From Octopus sinensis (taxonomy: Eukaryota), in the NCBI RefSeq assembly GCF_006345805.1, contig NW_021835904.1:1-37940 (forward strand): 37,940 bases of DNA. Reading direction: 5' to 3'. Positions 11,147-22,630 of this stretch are shown here, in pieces; position 1 is the stretch's first letter; the number at the start of each line of letters is the position of its first letter. The notes below the pieces were generated by a model that worked only from the letters and a program-made list of their open reading frames with translations, was not told the origin of the DNA and did not search any database. The position numbers and the translations under genes were made by a program.

Positions 11147-12125
11147 AAGGTGTTTATAAGCCATTTAAGAAACACACAAAAACCGTTAGATTCACTTCAA
11201 AATTTAAATTTAATTTGCCAAAATATTTTCATCACTTTGAGACTGCGACCTATTCACTGACAAAATTCCGTGCTGCAGTATAGAAAGAATAGAAAGAAAA
11301 TATGAGCTTGAAAAGGGCAGAAGAAGGCAGAGACTCATAGGGAGTTAAGGTATACATTTATACTGTGAGGAGTAGAAGTTCACAAGTTGAAAAGAAGATA
11401 ATTTTTCTTGCATTTACTTGAGTTAGTTGCATCATGCCACCAGAGAATACCATAAACTAAGCGGTCTCTCTGTCTTGTGTCCTGATAAGTCAAAATATCG
11501 GCTACAGGTTTATGGACACTGTAGGTTTTGTCACAGACTACGAATGTTCACAGATTCGGTCGTCTAAACAGCATCCCAATTGGCATATGTATAGGGTGAT
11601 ACAGTGTTTGCTTGCTATGCAATATATTAGTATTAGAAGATGTACAATCGAAATGGTTGGTCGGCTGACTGTGAAGTTAAGATTTAGTAGGAGGTCGTTT
11701 AGGAGATGAAAGGATTAGTATGACATCGACCAGGGAATAATTGGAGGTTCCAGATTAAATGTGGCTTGGGAAAAGAGAACTTTTGAGCAAAAATTCTCAT
11801 AGACTTTGAAGGAAAATTGTAGAGGCTCGGAAATGACTGAATCTGATTTGAAGTTTGTTGAGAACCAAAGTTGCGGACGATGGTGTGCTGAAGTGGCAGA
11901 ATGGAAGCTGAAATGAAAATTAATCTAGTTCTCAGTGTGTGTGTGTGTGTGTGTGTAGAGGAGTAGTGTGTGTGATGGACGATCCGATTGGCTGGCTGAT
12001 GGCTTGGATTCGATGGAAGGTAACGTCATCAATGAGTTGGAGATAAAGGCGAGAAATGAAAAAGTAAAGGCGGAAAAGACGGAAAAATTGCGAGAAAGCG
12101 ATGAAAATTTGAAAAATGTGATGTG
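11147..12125 (-). mobile_element. Decayed Penelope-like element: RT thumb, linker, GIY-YIG endonuclease and putative terminal segment
   Basis: Minus-strand translation with frameshifts gives FSQFFRL (thumb, about 12090), LQHTIVRNF, PLQFSFK, HFDCTSSN / LIYCIASKHCITLYICQLGCCLDDRICEH (LIYC 11619-11630, LYIC 11583-11594), KPVA..YFDLSGH and LLFNL*TSTPHSIN. These match the PLE GIY-YIG pattern (FTCTS.NLIYCI.C..C..LYIG.T...L.DR..EH). Confidence 0.8.
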
Positions 12126-12698
12126 CATAGAATGAATGTGAGGAAGAAAAGAAACAAAAAGTTAGATATCTGGGTTTTTGATTTTTTAATTTTTTATTTC
12201 ATTTTATGTATTTTTTTACTTGTTAGTTCTGGAGGAAATGGCAGTACCTCTGGCCTTTTCAGGCTTTCTGAAACCGGCGAGACGGATGGCGTTAATATTC
12301 TACTTAAATTGTTGCAAATCGACACCTGCAAGGAGGAGATAATAGAGTATCGGCGCCTTGTGAAGGAAGAACTGAATACTGTGGTTTGTTGGTTTCTGGA
12401 GCTTGAACACAACATGAGTGATGAAATGAGAGACGAGCAAGTCTGGAGCATCCGAGTGGCGTTAACCCATAACCTGCTAATTCCGATGAACAGTGACCAT
12501 TATTGTAGAAAAGTAGAGAGAAGAGGCAGAACACGTTTGGGTCAGAAACTGGAGCTCGTCTGTGAGGGGTGTTATGCCAGTCAGCAAAGCGGACCTTCTC
12601 TGGATGCGGTCTAGAACAACAGTATCTGCTAGATGTAGACGCAGTACTCAACTGTGAGTGTCACTTGAGCTTTCCACACTATGTTAGCAATTGTTGTG

Positions 12699-13084
12699 TG
12701 GAGGCGCAATGGCCCAGTGGTTAGGGCAGCGGACTCGTGGTCATAGGATCGCGGTTTCGATTCCCAGACCGGCGTTGTGAGTGTTTATTGAGCGAAAACA
12801 CCTAAAAGCTCCACGAGGCTCCGGCAGGGGATGGTGGTGATCCCTGCTGTACTCTTTCACCACAACTTTCTCTCACTCTTACTTCCTGTTTCTGTTGTAC
12901 CTGTACTTCAAAGGGCCGGCCTTGTCACTCTCTGTGTCACGCTGAATATCCCCGAGAACTGCGTTAAGGGTACACGTGTCTGTGGAGTGCTCAGCCACTT
13001 ACACGTTAATTTCATGAGCAGGTTGTTCCGTTGATTCGGATCAACTGGAACCCTCGTCGTCGTAACCGACGGAGTGCTTAAGAG
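12699..13084 (+). mobile_element. tRNA-derived SINE family D, 13-bp TSD
   Basis: A box TGGCCCAGTGG, B box GGTTTCGATTCCC. TSD agcaattgttgtg at 12686-12698 and 13085-13097. Confidence 0.9.
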
Positions 13085-13161
13085 AGCAATTGTTGTGAGC
13101 TGAAGAGTTTCCTAGCTCTGAAGCGAAGGGCCAATCTTTGAGATGTGTCATAGCTATGTTT

Positions 13162-13399
13162 GTGGAGGTGCGTGGCTTAGTGGTTAGGGTGTCAGTATCA
13201 TGATCGTAAGATTGTGGTTTCGGTTCCTGGACCGGGCGATGCGTTGTGTTCTTAAGCAAAACACTTCATTTCACGTTGCTCCAGTCCACTCAGCTGGCAA
13301 AAATGAGTAACGCTGCGATGGAACACATACGCCATTGAAACCGGGAAACCGGGCCTATGAGCCTGGCTAGGCTTTAGAAGGGCGCATTTATTTTTTATT
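13162..13399 (+). mobile_element. tRNA-derived SINE family C, 14-bp TSD, 22-bp internal deletion
   Basis: TSD tcatagctatgttt at 13148-13161 and 13400-13413. Reverse complement of 18955-19215 except for loss of ctggcgtcccgtccagctgggg. Confidence 0.9.
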
Positions 13400-14155
13400 T
13401 CATAGCTATGTTTAGGATGCAATTTCGCCAGGAGAGATCTTCTGTAATAGTGAGTCCAAACATTTGGAGAGGTCACAGGGGCTTTAGTCGAGTACTGCTC
13501 ATGTTTAAGTGGGATGAGGAACAATGATGTTTCCATGATTCGATTAGTACCTTTTTTGTCATTACTGTTAAAGTTAACAAGATTCGCATGGCTCCACTGG
13601 GAGGTGCTTTCGAGATTTCCGTTCATGGAATCAGTACATGTTTGGTATGCGGTGTCTAAGTTATGTGCGAATTTTGTGTGGTTCAGTAAGGTTAGGAAAG
13701 AATGAACGGTAAGAATGGGCGTTGTTGGACATAATGAAGCTAGGTCATTAGGGAGAATGCTGGAGATAAACCATAACCCAGGGACAGACAAGGTTTCATA
13801 GAGTGTTGGTCAAAAAGGGATCTCTCGGCGCATACCACGATAGACACAATAGGATTATTTTCATGAAATAAATTTGTTTGCTCTATTGTGGGTACCCATC
13901 TAGAAATTTTCGCCAGTTTCTTGTATTCTTGAACTTGAAGTAAATTTCGTTCCTGGGTTGGTGTTTCCAATAATGAAGACCAAATATTTATTGTAAGGAG
14001 CACAATCATTGATATTTTAGTTTGAAAGACATGTACCGCCTCCACTGAAACCTATTAATTTTTTGCCCACGAAGGTGACAACACCTCTCTTTCCTCAATC
14101 TCAAATTAAGGACAAAGGTTCGAAAAGGTATATTCCTCACTCCGCAATGCACCTC

Positions 14156-14216
<61 letters not shown>

Positions 14217-14927
14217 GCACACATATACACACTTACAGGTACACATACATACACATTTAGGTGTCCCAGATAGGAAAGAAGTGACATGCTGATGATACCT
14301 TGTGTTAGTCAAAGTCCAGTAGTACTTTATAGTATTGACTCATTTGTCAAAATGGATTCTCATTATTAAACGTCTTTCATATGCCGAGAGTGTATGAAAT
14401 TTAGACTCTCTCTCTATATATAGGTACATGACACCAGGACAGACATATACAGAGAGTATATGTCGTCCATTTGTAACACTTTAAGCGAAATTTTAATGGC
14501 GTCGTCAATCTCACTGGTCTCACGGACAGCCTGCAGAGGCCATAGAGACATCTCCATTTTAGCAGACTAGTGATGGAAATAAGTACACCAAGACTCGGAA
14601 GGTTGAGGTTGGGAAGGAAGAAGTTATAGATTATAAGTTTCTCTCTTCTCGTGAACTAAAATGTTGGAAAATGCCGTTCCTCTGTATACCCATATTTCTA
14701 TTATTTCTCCAAACCAAATTAAAAAACAAATTACTGGGGCTAATCAGTTACAACAACAAATGCTAACTATAATTTCATACTTCTACATTCAAATTCCATC
14801 GGTTTTGAATAGAATTTCTCTGTTCCTTCCCAAAGGTTAGATAATATGAATACCTGTTATGCGCTAGAGTTCAGTTCAATTAATTTTGTCTCTTCTCCAC
14901 AATTTTGTACCTCTTATATAATGTTGT

Positions 14928-15213
14928 TTGTTCCTTCTCGAGGCATGCCTGACTCATTAGGGCCGTTTTCCCGGTTTCCTTGGCGTATAGGTTCCCCACC
15001 TGGACGGGACGCCGGTCCGTCGCAGGTGAGCTGCAAGATGCAGGAGGAAAGAGTGAGAGAAACTTGTGGCGAAAGAGTCAGCAGAAGTTCGCCGTTACCT
15101 TCTGCCGGAGGCGCGTGGAGCTTAGGTGTCTCGCTCATAAACATACAAACCGCCCTGTCTGAGATTCGGACTCGCGATCCCCCGACCGCGAGTCCGCTGC
15201 CATGTGCCTCCAC
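14928..15213 (-). mobile_element. Hybrid SINE: family D head/body plus family C-type distal domain; A box deleted
   Basis: The 5' ~190 nt aligns with 12699-12900 and the 3' part aligns with the distal 75 nt of family C. Confidence 0.85.
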
Positions 15214-15920
15214 CTTAGATGTTGTAATACATCCTAATTATTGTTGATCGTCGAAAAGTAAGTAGAGTAACGTTATCGGCAAACGAGACCACGATATGTT
15301 TTTGATTTTTCGTTGAAGCATTTCCACTTCAGTTACGAAAATCTCATGTATCATATTTTCTTACACGTGGGTATTTAGAAATGGAAGTAAAAATACCTGG
15401 TCAGTCAAATCGGAAACTCAGATGAGAATTTCAATTTAAGCCATTTTACTTCTTTTACGTCATTCATTACGTCATTCATGCAGTTCAGAAGAAGATTTGA
15501 AGTCACAGCTTCCAGCTCGGTCAGAGGAGGAGGAGGACGTGCTGTGCCTAAGGATTACGCAGGTCCGATCAGACTGGTGGGAGGCGATGAGGTTAATGTT
15601 TAACATAAGCGTCTGTATTTTGATCCAATATGAAAAGATAAAAAATTAAAAAATAAAGGAGAGAGAAGGAGAAGAAGCGAGAGGGGTGAGTTCAAGAAAG
15701 AAGCAGCTCTGAGACGTAGTGCTTTGTAAGATGAAGTCGAAATGATAAGACAGAGTTTCAAAGATATAAAGGGTGTAAGCGGCCCTCTCAAGTAAATTTG
15801 GATTGAGATGGTGTACTGTTTGTCTTTCCAGAGAAGCAGAAAGTATTCATGCAGAATAGAAGAGACAGAACGGGGTAAAAAAGTATGTAAGGTGGTTGAA
15901 GCATGTTGCTGGATGAAATA

Positions 15921-16335
15921 TTTTACTCTTTTACTCTTTTACTTGTTTCAGTCATTTGACTGCGGCCATGCTGGAGCACCGCCTTTTAATCGAGCAACTC
16001 GACCCCGGGACTTATTCTTTGTAAGCCCAGTACTTATTCTATCGGTGTCTTTTGCCGAACCGCTAAGTAACGGGGACATAAACACACCAGCATCGGTTGT
16101 CAAACAATGCTAGGGGGACAAACACAGACACACAAACACACACACACATACATGTATATATGTACATATATACGACGGCCTTCTTTCAGTTTCCATCTAC
16201 CAAATCCACTCACAAGGCTTTGGTCAGCCCGAGGCTATAGTAGAAGACACTTGTCCAAGGTGCCACGCAGTGGGACTGAACCCGGAACCATGTGGTTGGT
16301 AAGCAAGCTAATTACCACACAGCCACTCCTGCGCC
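15921..16335 (-). mobile_element. SINE family B, full-length
   Basis: Reverse complement of family B, with tail repeat tactctt. Confidence 0.9.
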
Positions 16336-16693
16336 TATTTGTCAATAAAATAAATACTCTTTGGTGGCGGTATGTAATCTAAAATGTTTGGGTGTATAAA
16401 CTTCTATGTATGTTCAAGATACTATGTTTTAAATAACGATTTCAGTTCGTTAATTGAGGGTAACTGTTTTTTACTTTCAATCTTTTTTTTTTAATTGCGA
16501 AATTAAAGATTAAGAATAATTAAATATAAATGATTTTAATTTTTTTAAAAATAAAATTAATGCAACTGAAATCTCAATCAAGTTTTTGGCTAAAGATATA
16601 TCTACAAAAGTACATTTAATCAACACTGGTTCCAAAAAAATACTTGGAGGGAACGGGTGCCTTGAAGATGAGTAAGGTCGCAGCCAGTCTTCT

Positions 16694-16927
16694 TATTTCT
16701 TTACTACCCACAAGGGGCTAAACATAGAGGGGACAAACAAGGACAGACAAACGGATTAAGTCGATTACATCGACCCCCAGTGCGTAACTGGTACTTAATT
16801 TATCGACCCCGAAAGGATGAAAGGCAAAGTCAACCGCGGCGGAATTTGAACTCAGAATGTAACGGCAGACGAAATACGGCTACGCATTTCGCCCGGCGTG
16901 CTAACGATTCTGCCAGCTCGCCGCCCT
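16694..16927 (-). mobile_element. SINE family A, full-length, 11-bp TSD
   Basis: TSD gccagtcttct at 16683-16693 and 16928-16938. Confidence 0.9.
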
Positions 16928-17529
16928 GCCAGTCTTCTGCGACTGACAATGACCAATAGACAGTGGGTAACTAATAAGGGAGCAAAGGGAGGGACCACTC
17001 CCCGCTGAGACATTTTTCAAAATTGGCACCTTTTCGACAATTCTTTCTAACTCTTTAATTACCTATATCAGTAGTTGTCAGTTTCATATATAATGACAAT
17101 GTTACTGAAACACGAAATTAATGACTGTAGAATACAGTTACGTATATTATAACTAATTAAATATTTAGCGTAATATAAGAAAAATAGAGTTTAAATTTGT
17201 TCGATGTCACAGCGCCATTTTTTTTATGGGTATCTGCAATCTTACATAGTATCTCTCCACGACTCAAGTCTGAGCAATGTATTTTGTGAAAGACATGCAG
17301 TTGTTCATGAATGCAAGTCTTCCTTTTCTATGCCATTGATCAGGGCCGATACATCTCAGTACTAGTGTCATCACATGCGTTGCCATCAGGACGCAAATGA
17401 CTTCGACAGAAACTGCAAACTGTCTTGACTGGCGATCTTAACAATCACTTCAACCTACAAGTGGACTGAATTGTTGCCTAAATTTTTCGATCATGAAAGT
17501 TTGGAAGGCAAACTTGACCTTAGTGGCAT

Positions 17530-17700
17530 ATATGCAGGCTAGGCTGTATGGTAAGACGTTTGTTTCCCGACTTCATGGTTCTGGGTTTCAGTTACACTGC
17601 ATGGTACCTTTGGTAAGCGTTTTCTACGATAGCCTCGGGCCGATCAAAGTCTTGTGAGTAGATTTGGTTGACGGAGCTGAAAGAAGCTGACGTGTGTGTG

Positions 17701-17766
<66 letters not shown>

Positions 17767-18256
17767 CACACACACACTAGTAACAACTCTACAGTTGTGT
17801 TTAAATCATAAATTTCACCCTCTAAACTGATAACAATTGTTTGCCTGTTCATTCTTTCTTATACTCGATATTTACCCGCTCAATGATAAACCACTTGTAG
17901 CCTTTCCTTGCTGCACGCCTACAATACCACTTTTTTCTTTTGGTCGCAGTTCGAATGAGAGTTTTAAGTGGTAAGCCAACCTTATCAGTTATTATAGATG
18001 CCTATTACATTACGTCATTAGGCGCAATTTTATTTGTACTATGTGTGTGTGTGTATATGTGTGTATCTATGTGTGTATGTTGTCTTTGCGTTTGCTCCCC
18101 TCTCAGCGCTTCACAATCGGTGTTGATTTATAGCGATTCCCTGTAACATAGCGATTCAGCAAAAGCTATCGGTAGAATAAGTACTAGGCTTTGTTCGACT
18201 AAACCCTTCAAGGCAGCAGCCCATCATGGCTGCAATCCAATGCCCGAAAGAAGTAA
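17530..18256 (+). mobile_element. SINE family B, diverged; head (17530-17700) and tail (18040-18256) separated by microsatellite and unrelated DNA
   Basis: Family B motifs (ttctacgatagcctcgggccgatcaaagtcttgtgagtagatttgg; cacaatcggtgttgattta...ccctgtaacatagcg). Confidence 0.6.
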
Positions 18257-18359
18257 ATATATATATATTGATATTGATATACATACATACACACACACAT
18301 AAATATGTGTGTGTATGTATTTATGTATGTATGTATGTATGTATATTTGAATATTGCGG

Positions 18360-18610
18360 TGCTAGTCAGGAGGAAAAGACTCGCTTGACCAGTTTAATGT
18401 GATTGATGTTTAGCTTGAACATGTGTACACTGGAGAATATGCATGAGCAATGGGATTTAATTCCAGAGGGCTGAGGGTCGAGGTACCTGGAGGAAGAGTT
18501 GGGTATAGAAGTCTAAGCAGGAAGATACAGAACAGGTGACAAAAGCATGAAAAGATGAGCGAATCATTTAGGCTTGGAGGCATATGGCATCAGAAGCCAT
18601 TTTAGTAAGG
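18360..18610 (-). mobile_element. 3'-end fragment of a CR1/L2-group LINE ORF2
   Basis: Minus strand PRPSALWN*IP and FKLNINHIKL resemble the LINE C-terminus seen at 12290-12400. Confidence 0.45.
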
Positions 18611-18954
18611 AATATGAGGCAGAGAGAGAGAGAGAGAGAGTGGTGGGGGGGACAACATACCTGTGGGTTACGAGTTTAAATGGGTTATTGATTGAGCACC
18701 GTCACATACGACTTTCCTCCAGGTTAATCCAAATAAACATATCTCAATATTATCATGTGTCACAAAACTCACTGAATGCGCAAGGTGGTTTCCATTGATA
18801 CGTGTATTAGATAACTCACTGACACACTACACATATACACAAGTAAAGACACAGTGGACACAGTCCTAGATACGAGGGGTATTCCAGAAGTTTTTGTATG
18901 TGAGACAGTCATAACCGTCCTAGATTATTGTAATTTTAGCGTATCATTACTATA

Positions 18955-19215
18955 AAAAAATAATAAATGCGCCCTTTTAAAGCCTAGTCAGGCTCATGAG
19001 CCCGGTTTCCCGGTTTCAATGGCGTATGTGTTCCCCAGCTGGACGGGACGCCAGTCCATCGCAGCGTTACTCATTTTTACCAGCTGAGTGGACCGGAGCA
19101 ACGTGAAATGAAGTGTTTTGCTCAAGAACACAACGCACCACCCGGTCCAGGAATCGAAACCACAATCTTACGATCATGATGCTGACACCCTAACCACTAA
19201 GCCACGCACCTCCAC
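18955..19215 (-). mobile_element. SINE family C, full-length, 14-bp TSD, nested in the mariner 5' UTR
   Basis: TSD gtatcattactata at 18941-18954 and 19216-19229. Confidence 0.9.
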
Positions 19216-19945
19216 GTATCATTACTATACATCTATCTAATACGCTGACCTGCCAACTTTTGTTAGACAAGATTGAAGGAGACTACTGTAAGAGTACTTT
19301 GAACACATCCTACTAAGCTGCAGGATGCAGTCGGGATATGAAGACAATTTTTGAAGCTCGCTATGTAATAAGGTTTTGTGTTAAACTGGACATAAACGCT
19401 ACTGAAATTTATGAAAGGCTCCACACTGCTTATGGATGAGCGGAACATATGTTTTTCGCTGGCACAAAAATCCAGGCAAAGCAGTTCCTCTGGGAACCTC
19501 ATGATGATCCCTTTTCCTCTTCCTTGACAGCAAGGGCATCATCTGTATCCACTGGGTTTCCTCAGCCAAAGAGTCAACAAAGAATACTTTGTGGCGGTTT
19601 TGATGAAGTTCAAGAAGAGATTTCGTCGCGAAAGGCCAGAGCTCTTGCACCAGGACAATGCATCAGTCTACACCTCCAGGCAGTTGGTTACTGTCAAGTA
19701 ACCAACTACTTGACAGAGGTGGGCATCGAAACTGTTCCTCATCCTCCCTACAGTCCAGACCTTAGTCTCGGTAACTTTTGGTCTTTTCCCACGCTGAAGG
19801 AGAATCTCAGAGGCAGTCGTTTTGAAGATGCTGAAAAAATGAAGGATGCTGTAAGAAGGGTCCTGAACACCTTCACTTTAGAGGGCTTCCATGGGTACTT
19901 CACGAAGTGGTTGGAGTGCTACAAGAAGGTCATTGAAGTGAGAGG

Positions 19946-20121
19946 ATCTTGACCCTTACCACCGCCTCACAACCAGTGTGGGCTTGTTTACGTTACCGTA
20001 ATTTAGCCGTTCGGCAAACAAGACCGATAGAATAAAAGTACCAAACTTTAAAAATAAGTACCTGGATCAGCTTGTTCGATTTGTTAAACCCTTCAGGGTG
20101 ATACACCATAATGACCATAAT
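19946..20121 (+). mobile_element. 5'-truncated family B-related SINE nested at the transposase 3' end, 20-bp TSD
   Basis: aaggtc(a/g)ttgaagtgagagg at 19926-19945 and 20122-20141 (19/20). Confidence 0.75.
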
Positions 20122-20804
20122 AAGGTCGTTGAAGTGAGAGGTGTTAATGAGATTAGAGTTTTGTACTTCTCAGAGATTAATAAATTTCTCTCCAGAAAAA
20201 ATGTTAAAGCTTCTGGAATGCTTCGTGTGGCACTAATGCTTCATGAGTATATTTGTGTATAGGTTTCCTCAATCTGGGCTAACCTGGGTCTAAGTAATCA
20301 CAACAAGACCTACCACTTGTAAGATAGAACTGTATCACAAGTGTTTTTTGTAATTCGTACTGAACAGAGAAAGTAGCGAGCTGTCTGGTAAATATCATGG
20401 CTGAGACTTTATCTAAACTGTATAGTCACTCTATAGTCTTTGATATTCAATGAAATGGTATACTTTTTTTATGCTCTTTTCTTTCTCTTTTCTGTTACTT
20501 GTTTCAATCGTTGGAGTGCGGTCATTATGGTGCGTTGATGTAATTCGAAGTCCCATGTCTAAGGAAGAAATTACCATTAATTTACCACAAAATTTTAATA
20601 TCAATTTCTTTATTGCCCACCGGTGGCCAAACATAGAAATGGACAGAACAACTGATGGGATCAGTGAAGCGATATGATTTTACATATAATGTGACTTTAA
20701 AAATGTACATACACTATATAAAAATCAAATAGAATTAACAAAATTTCCCACAAATTTTCAGGCCTTGTGCCTTCAGTAGAAAAGATTATTATTGTTGTTT
20801 TTGT

Positions 20805-21020
20805 AGTTGAGGAGGCAAACTACAGAATCGTTAGCACGTCGAACAAAATGCTTAGCGACATTTTGGTTCTCCTTTACGCTTTTCAGCCGAGGTCGATTTT
20901 GACTGTCATCCTTTCGGGATCGATAAATTAGTGCCAGTTGGTCACTGGGGTTCATGTAAGCGACTTACTCTCCCTCCAAAAATTAATGGTCTTGTGCCAA
21001 AACTTGAAATCATTATTATT
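20805..21020 (+). mobile_element. Old SINE family A copy (alternative tail); another tail fragment at 20746-20800
   Basis: cagaatcgttagcacg...gccgaggtcgattttgactgtcatcctttcgggatcgataaa...cttgtgccaaaa. Confidence 0.65.
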
Positions 21021-21223
21021 GTTGTTGTTGCTGTTGTAGAAGCAGCGCCATCCCAGATGTAGGGGGGAATCGTTTTCTGTTGTGAATCTCATTTTGAACA
21101 TTGTAGAAAGACACCAGATGCTGGTAACCTGATGTATTTTCTAAACAGAAGCTTAAATCTAGCTTCTGAGAAGTAGTGTCTGCTAAACAATGATCTAGTT
21201 GCGATCGCCTGAATAGGCTAGGG

Positions 21224-21378
21224 CAGTGGTTCCCAACCTGGGGTCCGCAAAGGTAGTACTGGGGGTCCGTGAGCTAAATTCAAAATTTCACACACACACA
21301 CACACATGTATATAAGGATAAGCATATAAAAGGGGTCCGTGAGAAAACTCATATAAATAAAAGGGTTGGGAACCACTG
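21224..21378. mobile_element. hAT-type (Charlie-like) MITE, 155 bp
   Basis: TIRs cagtggttcccaacct (21224-21239) and agggttgggaaccactg (21362-21378). No matching 8-bp TSD was found. Confidence 0.75.
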
Positions 21379-21899
21379 TTGGGGACCATTGGGTTAGGGG
21401 TTGGATTCTATAAAACTTCACCAGACACTTGAAAACGCAGGCATAGCTGAATCGTTAAGAAATTCGCTTCATAATAATGAGATCCTATTTCGATTTCATC
21501 TTGCTACATCTTGGATAAATGTATTTTACTCGGGTCTGTGCAGGCCTTAGCAAAATTGGGTTGACAGAAATCTTGTGAAAACCTATTGGCTGGATTATAC
21601 CTGTATTAATCCAAAGGCTCGGCCTTGTTACGAAACGTATCAAACTGATCAAATAGAATTATCGTTGATCAAAGTTTTTTTTTCCAGTGGTGGTGGTGGT
21701 GGTGGTTATCCTGTCTCATCTTTTTTCTCAGAGAAAAAGCATGTATGATTACATTACTCAATGAACCTTACTAGGATGTGGTTTGAGGGAGATTTAGTCG
21801 CTGTTTCTAGGTTATCGAATGACTGTGCGCGGAGTCCCTCGTTGACTCGTTTTGAACGAGATGAACATAGAATACGAAATCAGCCGTCAAGTATTACTG

Positions 21900-22630
21900 G
21901 AATTTGTTTCAAATCGATCAGTCACAATAAACTGCAATGTCGACCTCGGTGGTATTTGAACTCGGAACGCTGGCGGGCGGCCCTAAATGATGTTAAGGTC
22001 TAACCCTGTACCGTTTCTGTCAATACTTCATTTCCACTAGTAATTTTTTTGATGTCTAACACAAACAAACATGATGCTTTACAATTTCGGAAACGGTTCA
22101 CAAATATATTCCACATTACGGAAGCATTGAGTTCTTGAAAAAGCTTGCCATAACACGATATCTATTTTCTTACAGACTTCCACGATTTTCAGGAATGTAA
22201 CGCTTCTGCAGCGTAGGGGATGCCAGTAGTTGATTAAAACCGACTGGTAGCTATTTTTTTTATCGCCTCCAGAAGAATAAAAGGGGAACTGGATCGTGTC
22301 AGGATTTGAACTCAGAACGTAATGAGTCACAACTAATTACTGCTAAGTATTTTATCCAACACTCTACCAATTCTATCCTAGCAATCTACAGCTCTAATTC
22401 GCGCCATAAATTATTGATTTTTTTTTTTCAGCAAGGCGCACTATCAAATTTTGTAGGCGGGAAGGCTGTAATCGTTTGAGCGATCGATAGTATGTAACTG
22501 GTACTTATTTTAGAATATTTGGAGTCAATAAAAGAATAAAGCCAACTCCGGTGAGATTTGAACTCGGAACGTAGGGGTATGTTACTAAAATACAATAAAT
22601 ACATTAAAGCATTTAGCCGAGCGCTACCAA
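21900..22630 (-). mobile_element. Three degenerate SINE family A remnants (about 21900-21980, 22270-22375, 22440-22630)
   Basis: Each retains atttgaactc(a/g)gaacg (B box region) and ctggta(c/g)ttattt motifs. Confidence 0.55.

Larger units (their letters stand above)
12290..14050 (-). mobile_element. Decayed CR1/L2-group LINE RT region, interrupted by two SINEs
   Basis: Minus-strand fragments in the expected order: VP(Q)GYGLSP..NDL, KFAHN (degenerate YADD), WSHANLVNFNS, FGLTITEDLSWRNCILNIA, SQRLALRFRARKLFSSQQLL, KAQV..TVEYC, LDRIQRR, LFYNNGHCSSELA, DLQQFK*NINAIRL. Confidence 0.8.
18871..20227 (+). mobile_element. Internally deleted mariner transposon (Tc1/mariner), non-autonomous, with two nested SINEs
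   Basis: Left TIR tacgaggggtattccagaagtttt (18871-18894), degenerate right TIR 20206-20227. N-terminal HTH MQSGYEDNFEARYVIRFCVKLDINATEIYERLHTAYG* from 19325, then FLDSKGII.IHWV, VNKEY, HQDNA, HPPYSPDL.LGNFW.FPTLKE. The third catalytic Asp appears as Asn and the first-Asp region is missing. Confidence 0.9.

Noticed and set aside
12194-12651. Initially read as the N-terminal part of the Penelope element
   Set aside because: Frame-by-frame reading shows LINE ORF2 C-terminal motifs (LDRIQRR, LFY..G.CSSEL, DLQQFK.NIN) colinear with the LINE at 13080-14050.
12699-13240. tRNA-like sequences as tRNA genes (also 8636, 3983, 10474)
   Set aside because: They have A and B boxes but no complete acceptor stem, and they continue into SINE bodies bounded by TSDs.
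14442-14464. Perfect 9-bp hairpin gacatatac-agaga-gtatatgtc
   Set aside because: Too short and AT-alternating; expected by chance in this composition.
19449-19952. 167-aa ORF as a functional transposase
   Set aside because: Only its C-terminal half is in the transposase frame. The HTH is separated by a stop and a deletion, and catalytic residues are missing or mutated.
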